NCBI GenBank assembly: GCA_965262115.1
Contig: OZ253496.1
Span: forward strand, 672,001 to 736,000
Direction of reading: 5' to 3'
DNA: 64,000 nt
DNA from: Nitrospinales bacterium
GTDB taxonomy: Bacteria; Nitrospinota; Nitrospinia; Nitrospinales; VA-1
In this document: positions 59,417-64,000 of the stretch, piece after piece
How the letters are laid out: the number at the start of each line of letters is the position of its first letter
Position numbering within the stretch: the stretch's first letter is position 1
The notes under the pieces: generated by a model
Seen by the model: only the letters and a program-made list of their open reading frames with translations
Told to the model about the DNA's origin: nothing
Databases searched by the model: none
Position numbers and translations under genes: made by a program

Positions 59417-59944
59417 CTATTTTTTAGCTTCTATCTCAGCTTCCCCTTCTTCTTTAACTTCCGGGGCAGGTTCAGCAGATTTGGCAGGCTCTACAACTTC
59501 CCGCTCCCCTTCAACAACAAGTTTAATTTCCGCTGTCACTTCCAAATGGAGTTTTACGGGGATTTTATATTCCCCAGCTTTTTTAATGGGCTCGGCAATC
59601 TGAATTTTACGCCGATCAATATCGACGCCCTGACCTTTGAGCAAATCAGCAACTTCCTGCGCTGTCACGGAACCAAACATCTTTCCGGTATCGCCGACCT
59701 TTTTCTTGACCGAGCAGGTCACCTTTGCAATTTCATCAGCAATAGCCTGGGCCGCAGCGATCACCTTTGTCACTTTGCTCTGGACCACACGTTTCTGATG
59801 ATTAAAAGCTTTAAGGTTATTAGGGGTCGCCAACAAAGCCTTGCCCTTGGGGATCAGGAAGTTCCTCCCATATCCGTCTTTAACCTCTACCTCATCGCCA
59901 CAAAATCCGAGGCCATCCACATCTTCTTTCAACAACAGCTTCAT
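59417..59944 (-). CDS. rplI: 50S ribosomal protein L9
   Basis: VKDGYGRNFLIP, MFGSVT. Confidence 0.98.
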   Translation of the reverse strand: MKLLLKEDVDGLGFCGDEVEVKDGYGRNFLIPKGKALLATPNNLKAFNHQKRVVQSKVTKVIAAAQAIADEIAKVTCSVKKKVGDTGKMFGSVTAQEVADLLKGQGVDIDRRKIQIAEPIKKAGEYKIPVKLHLEVTAEIKLVVEGEREVVEPAKSAEPAPEVKEEGEAEIEAKK

Positions 59945-59975
59945 AAGTTTTCCTTTCCTGAGGATCAGAGTGTTT

Positions 59976-60923
59976 TCAATTTGTATCTTCAACGGCTCTC
60001 AGCTTTCTAAAATCCGCCCAGATATCAAACACGCCCAACCCAGCCACCAATCCAATTAAAAGAGATTGCACAAAAATTAATATAAAAAGAACAAACCAAA
60101 AGAAAGTCGGAATCTTCCTGACTTTCAAAAAATGAACAATAATGCTGAGTCCCTGAGCAAAATAGATGCAAAGCATCACCAGAAAGATATTGAGCCCGGC
60201 ATCCGCCACCATGCCCTGCCCCAGGAACAAAGCCGCTCCCGACAATATGAAACCCCAGACCAGGTTTTCCGGACAAATCCATTGGGAGAATGCTCTCTCC
60301 GAAAACAGTCCCGGCCCATAAAGTCGCGTCCAGGCGATTCGTACCAATGCGTAATTGGCCGCCGCGCCAATCAAAGACCCGATCAACAAAAAGGCCGGAT
60401 AAGACGCCGCAAAACCCTCAGCCGCCCGTTCTGCGAAGGCCTTCATCTCCGCAACCTCAGCTTTGTCCTCGCCCATGGACTCGAAGGCTTCCATCGACTG
60501 GGAAAAATGAGCGCGAACTTGCGTCTCAAAAAACTCTTTAACCGATGTATCCTGATCGCCAAACAAAGCCATCAACAGAACGATCGACACAAAACCCGAT
60601 GCCAAAGCACTGATAGCGATGCACCGGTCTGCCGACAACTGGATTCGGATCATCTCCCCCAGTACCAGAGCCATCAGCGCATACTCAGCTAAAAATAACA
60701 TGGCCTGGTTAATCCCAATCAGCAACAGGAGCACCGCAAAAACCAACGCAACAAGAGCAATGCCAACCTGCCTGCCCCTCTGCAAGTAAATGAATACGAG
60801 AGGAAAAGGGGATAAAACCCCGATCAATGCCCCCAATGGCGGAAACACCATCAAAGCAAAAAAGAGAGCAAAAACCAGAACTACAGCGACCAGTAGGTTT
60901 TTGGGTGATGATGACTCAGCCAA
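59976..60923 (-). CDS. YybS/DUF2232 membrane protein
   Basis: Multi-TM, QGLS, GVFDIWADFR; between rpsR and rplI. Confidence 0.85.
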   Translation of the reverse strand: MAESSSPKNLLVAVVLVFALFFALMVFPPLGALIGVLSPFPLVFIYLQRGRQVGIALVALVFAVLLLLIGINQAMLFLAEYALMALVLGEMIRIQLSADRCIAISALASGFVSIVLLMALFGDQDTSVKEFFETQVRAHFSQSMEAFESMGEDKAEVAEMKAFAERAAEGFAASYPAFLLIGSLIGAAANYALVRIAWTRLYGPGLFSERAFSQWICPENLVWGFILSGAALFLGQGMVADAGLNIFLVMLCIYFAQGLSIIVHFLKVRKIPTFFWFVLFILIFVQSLLIGLVAGLGVFDIWADFRKLRAVEDTN

Positions 60924-60925
60924 GT

Positions 60926-61168
60926 CTAATGCTCAACAGCAAACGGTAATAAAGCAATGTTCCTGGCTTTTTTGATCGCCCGGGTCAAAATTCTCTGACA
61001 CTTGGCACAATTTCCTGAAATTCGCGAAGGCACGATCTTTCCTCTTTCAGAAATCAGCGGTTTCAATGCCTTGATATCGAAAAAATCGATATAAACCTTG
61101 CTTTGGTCGTCGTTGCAAAACCGGCAAATTTTTTGCGAAAAAAATGAACGTTTTTTTGTTTCTGGCAT
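60926..61168 (-). CDS. rpsR: 30S ribosomal protein S18 (Zn-binding form)
   Basis: [31 protein letters not shown]. Confidence 0.97.
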   Translation of the reverse strand: MPETKKRSFFSQKICRFCNDDQSKVYIDFFDIKALKPLISERGKIVPSRISGNCAKCQRILTRAIKKARNIALLPFAVEH

Positions 61169-61195
61169 AACACCCTTCTTCTTTTAGTAGTTTTA

Positions 61196-61588
61196 TTAAA
61201 ATGGGATATCATCAGCGGCCGGGGCAGAAGTCGAGTCAGTATTCATACTCACTTTATCTCCCTGGCGGGTCAAGAACTGCACATTATTAGCGACCACTTC
61301 AAGCTTGCTTCGCTTCTGTCCACCATCCGCTTCCCAGGTCTGATAGTTCAGCCGACCTTCAAGAAAAACCAGACTGCCCTTATTCAGGTATTGGGCACAA
61401 TTCTCACCTTGCTTGGCCCAAACCGTGATATCGACAAAACAGACCTCATCTTTCCATTCCTCGCCCTGCTTGAACTTGCGGTTGACCGCCAAGCCAAAAC
61501 TGGCAACGGCCGCACCACTTGCGGTATAACGCAGTTCAGGATCCCGGGTCAGGTTACCCATCAGAAGCACCTTGTTGAACGAAGCCAT
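61196..61588 (-). CDS. ssb: Single-stranded DNA-binding protein
   Basis: NKVLLMGNLTRDPELRYT...DDIPF. Confidence 0.98.
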   Translation of the reverse strand: MASFNKVLLMGNLTRDPELRYTASGAAVASFGLAVNRKFKQGEEWKDEVCFVDITVWAKQGENCAQYLNKGSLVFLEGRLNYQTWEADGGQKRSKLEVVANNVQFLTRQGDKVSMNTDSTSAPAADDIPF

Positions 61589-61615
61589 ATCAAATCCTTA
61601 TTGTTACTTTGTTAA

Positions 61616-61996
61616 TCAGGAGTCTTCTTTCTTTTCAGCTTTATTATCACCATTGGCGGAAGCCTCTTCCTCGGTTTCACTTTCCTTACCGAGGGCTCTT
61701 TCCAATTCATCACCCTCCAACCGGAGCACCATATATTTTATGATCAGGTCGTACAACTTATATTTATTTTCTAGAGCGGAGACTTTTGCGGACTCAAGGG
61801 TGTGATAAAGGTTCAGGTATATCCCAAATCTGTTTTTCTTTACCCGGTAGGCGAGGCGTTTTTTACCCCAGTTTTCAATTTTAAGACACGCACCTCCGTT
61901 GCTCTTGATGAACTCGCCTATTTTTTCCAAGGCTTCAGCAACACGTGCTTCGTCAATATCGGGTTTGAGAATCAGGACACTCTGGTAAGATCGCAA
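61616..61996 (-). CDS. rpsF: 30S ribosomal protein S6
   Basis: WGKKRLAY; TTG start at 61996 follows GAGGAGG. Confidence 0.95.
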   Translation of the reverse strand: MRSYQSVLILKPDIDEARVAEALEKIGEFIKSNGGACLKIENWGKKRLAYRVKKNRFGIYLNLYHTLESAKVSALENKYKLYDLIIKYMVLRLEGDELERALGKESETEEEASANGDNKAEKKEDS

Positions 61997-62002
61997 TGAA
62001 TA

Positions 62003-62051
62003 CCTCCTCATGGGTTAAGAATAGCCCCAGCCTAAATCTGGAACGAGGGGT
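62003..62051 (-). promoter_or_regulatory. Possible S6:S18 autoregulatory leader
   Basis: CCUCG...CCAG-loop-CUGG...CCC-AU-GAGGAGG: anti-SD pairing with a CCC internal loop before rpsF. Confidence 0.45.
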
Positions 62052-62206
62052 TAAAGCACGTAAAAACGGGATTTAACTAAATTTAATTATTCACTATATA
62101 ATAAGTATCTGTGAAAGGCGAATTTTTGCATAGTCGCCCAACAAAATCAAGGGATTTCAAGCAACCTAAACGAACAAATATAGTGAAAAAACAACCCACC
62201 ATCAAG

Positions 62207-63355
62207 ATGAAACCCGACTCCGACCTTTTCCAGCACCTGTCATGGGCCGGTTTATATGGCGCGGTTTTACTGCTGTCGGCCTGCGACTTTCCACAGCCGC
62301 CGCCGGACTTGTTCTACAAATTCGATGTCATGCCGGTGGGTCAGGGCCCGGCCCATCTATTGACCGCCGATTTAAATCTGGACGGAGAACCGGATCTGGT
62401 TTCCACCAACGCCAAGAACGGCACTCTCACCCTCCTATACGGAAAAGGCGACGGCAGTTTTCATGCAGGTCTAACTATAAACGTCGCCGCCGAACCAACT
62501 ATGTCAGCGGTGGGAGATTTTAATAAAGATGGAGTCCCTGATATTGCGATCAACTCCCGAGGAACAGGAAGGTTTTTAGTTTTTCTGGGAAAAGGAAACG
62601 GCAAATTCATGAAACCCATCCCCACGCGAACCGGCAAAGTCCCTTTAAACATTATTCTCGGTGACTACAACCAGGACGGCAACCTGGATGCCGCCGTCAC
62701 CCTGACCTTTGACGAAATGGAATTGTATCTTGGCACCGGAGACGGTCATTTTAAAAAAGGCGAAACCTATCTGACCGGTTCCCGATCCTTTTCCGGAGTG
62801 ACAGAAGACTTCAATGAGGACGGGCACCTCGACATTGCCCTCGCGGCCAGCAGTTCCAGCGCCAGTTCTGTCCGGTTGTTTATCGGGAACGGCGATGGAA
62901 CTTTTCAGAAACCTAAACGGCTGGCAGAAAAGCTGGTGCCGCTAGCCATCGTGGCTAGTGACATGAATGATGACGGTAGAACCGACCTGGTGTTTGCCGC
63001 AGGTCAGGGAGACAATTTATACTTGCTCACTTCAAACGGAGACGGCAGTTTCAAAGAACCCATTGCCTTTTCCGGCGGGGGTGGACCCTTTGCTCTCATT
63101 ACGGGGCATTTTGATCCGGACAAGTTGAAGGATGTTGCGGTCGCCAATTCCCGATCCAGTACTTTCTCGATTATTGTCCGCAATGCCAACGGAACATTTA
63201 AATTCCCCACCCGGGATTATGTGATCGAAGGCGGCACCGTATTAGCCATTACCAGCGGCGATTATAACCACAGTGGCATGAGCGATATTGTCGTGGCCAG
63301 CAATGCTAAGCACACCATCGAAATTTATTTACAACGGCGGATATTTGCTCCTTAA
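62207..63355 (+). CDS. FG-GAP/VCBS-repeat lipoprotein
   Basis: Lipobox LSAC; repeated DxNxDGxxD...GxGDGxF units. Confidence 0.88.
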   Translation: MKPDSDLFQHLSWAGLYGAVLLLSACDFPQPPPDLFYKFDVMPVGQGPAHLLTADLNLDGEPDLVSTNAKNGTLTLLYGKGDGSFHAGLTINVAAEPTMSAVGDFNKDGVPDIAINSRGTGRFLVFLGKGNGKFMKPIPTRTGKVPLNIILGDYNQDGNLDAAVTLTFDEMELYLGTGDGHFKKGETYLTGSRSFSGVTEDFNEDGHLDIALAASSSSASSVRLFIGNGDGTFQKPKRLAEKLVPLAIVASDMNDDGRTDLVFAAGQGDNLYLLTSNGDGSFKEPIAFSGGGGPFALITGHFDPDKLKDVAVANSRSSTFSIIVRNANGTFKFPTRDYVIEGGTVLAITSGDYNHSGMSDIVVASNAKHTIEIYLQRRIFAP

Positions 63356-63358
63356 TCC

Positions 63359-63802
63359 AACCCTCCCCTTACCCCTCCCTATGAAGGGAGGGGGATATGA
63401 AAAGTAAAAAGCGATGGCAACAATTTTCAACAAGAATACAGAAAAGGCTAAAAGAAAATCTTTGCGCAAAGAAATGCCACCTGCAGAGGTCACTTTATGG
63501 CAAGTTTTGCGAAACAAGCAAGCTAATGGACATAAATTTCGGCGACAATACAGTGTTGACCAATACATTCTGGATTTTTATTGCCCCTCGGCAAAACTCG
63601 CGATTGAAATCGATGGAGATTCTCATTTCAGTGACACAGCAATTCAATCGGATGAAATCCGTCAGAAGGCCATCGAAGATATGGGAATACAAATTCTGCG
63701 TTTTACCAATCAGGATATCTATGAAAACTTGGATGAAGTATTTGAGAAGATTTTAAAACATTTACCTCCCCTCCCTTCATAGGGAGGGGGCGAGGGAGGG
63801 TT
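63359..63802 (+). mobile_element. 444-bp cassette: DUF559 gene bounded by 35-bp inverted hairpin repeats
   Basis: 63359-63393 versus rc 63768-63802, 31/35 identical; each contains CCCCTCCCT-ATGA-AGGGAGGGG. Confidence 0.65.
63414..63782 (+). CDS. DUF559 (Vsr-like) endonuclease domain protein
   Basis: LRKEMPPAEVTLW...KFRRQ...YILDFYC...IEIDGDSH...D..R...LRFTN. Confidence 0.92.
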   Translation: MATIFNKNTEKAKRKSLRKEMPPAEVTLWQVLRNKQANGHKFRRQYSVDQYILDFYCPSAKLAIEIDGDSHFSDTAIQSDEIRQKAIEDMGIQILRFTNQDIYENLDEVFEKILKHLPPLPS

Positions 63803-63821
63803 TGCCATTATCTGGATACGG

Positions 63822-64000
63822 TTATCCGTATGAGTGGTCTAAAACTCTTCGTTCTTCATCCAGGTGTTTAATAAATTCTTTCCCCTTTTGTTCCATATTC
63901 GTAACCAACTTAAATATTTCTTCCAAATGCCCACTATTAACGAGTTGTTCATCAGGAATAGATAATAGAATTTCATAGACTCGACTTGCACGAGCAATGA
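63822..64000 (-). CDS. 3' end of a hypothetical protein entering from the window edge
   Basis: Open frame IARASRVYEILL...HLDEERRVLDHSYG* ending at TAA 63822-24. Confidence 0.5.
   Translation of the reverse strand, partial: IARASRVYEILLSIPDEQLVNSGHLEEIFKLVTNMEQKGKEFIKHLDEERRVLDHSYG

Overview
Chromosomal window from a bacterium whose gene content suggests a marine nitrite oxidiser of the Nitrospinaceae type (inference from gene families, not a database hit). The housekeeping backbone comprises iscS/cysE, scpA, rsmE, serB, rarA, argS, udg, degP, cysH, selO, thiL, two CNNM/CorC genes, dksA, secA and rpsF-ssb-rpsR-yybS-rplI-dnaB. Accessory content: (i) a periplasmic copper/haem redox locus at 28.8-41.7 kb (TlpA, two cupredoxin-like proteins, a tri-haem cytochrome c with a haem-b-type domain, a 1650-aa MnxG-like multicopper oxidase, DegP); (ii) a CopA-type oxidase/beta-barrel fusion preceded by a CutF/CruR-like leader peptide and an SD-masking stem; (iii) a decayed plasticity zone at 22.1-28.8 kb (moxR/DUF58 ruins, dead IS3, ParE-type TA pair, orphan ParA plus partner, and an unannotated 58-aa ArfA-like gene with a 3' hairpin and LAA degron); (iv) several small repeat families: a ~41-bp hairpin micro-element found inside the IS3, inside other repeats and inside itself, a DUF559 endonuclease gene bracketed by 35-bp inverted hairpin repeats, and a 101-bp tandem array behind argS. 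Many genes carry nonsense, frameshift or deletion lesions. No rRNA, tRNA or CRISPR array was seen.
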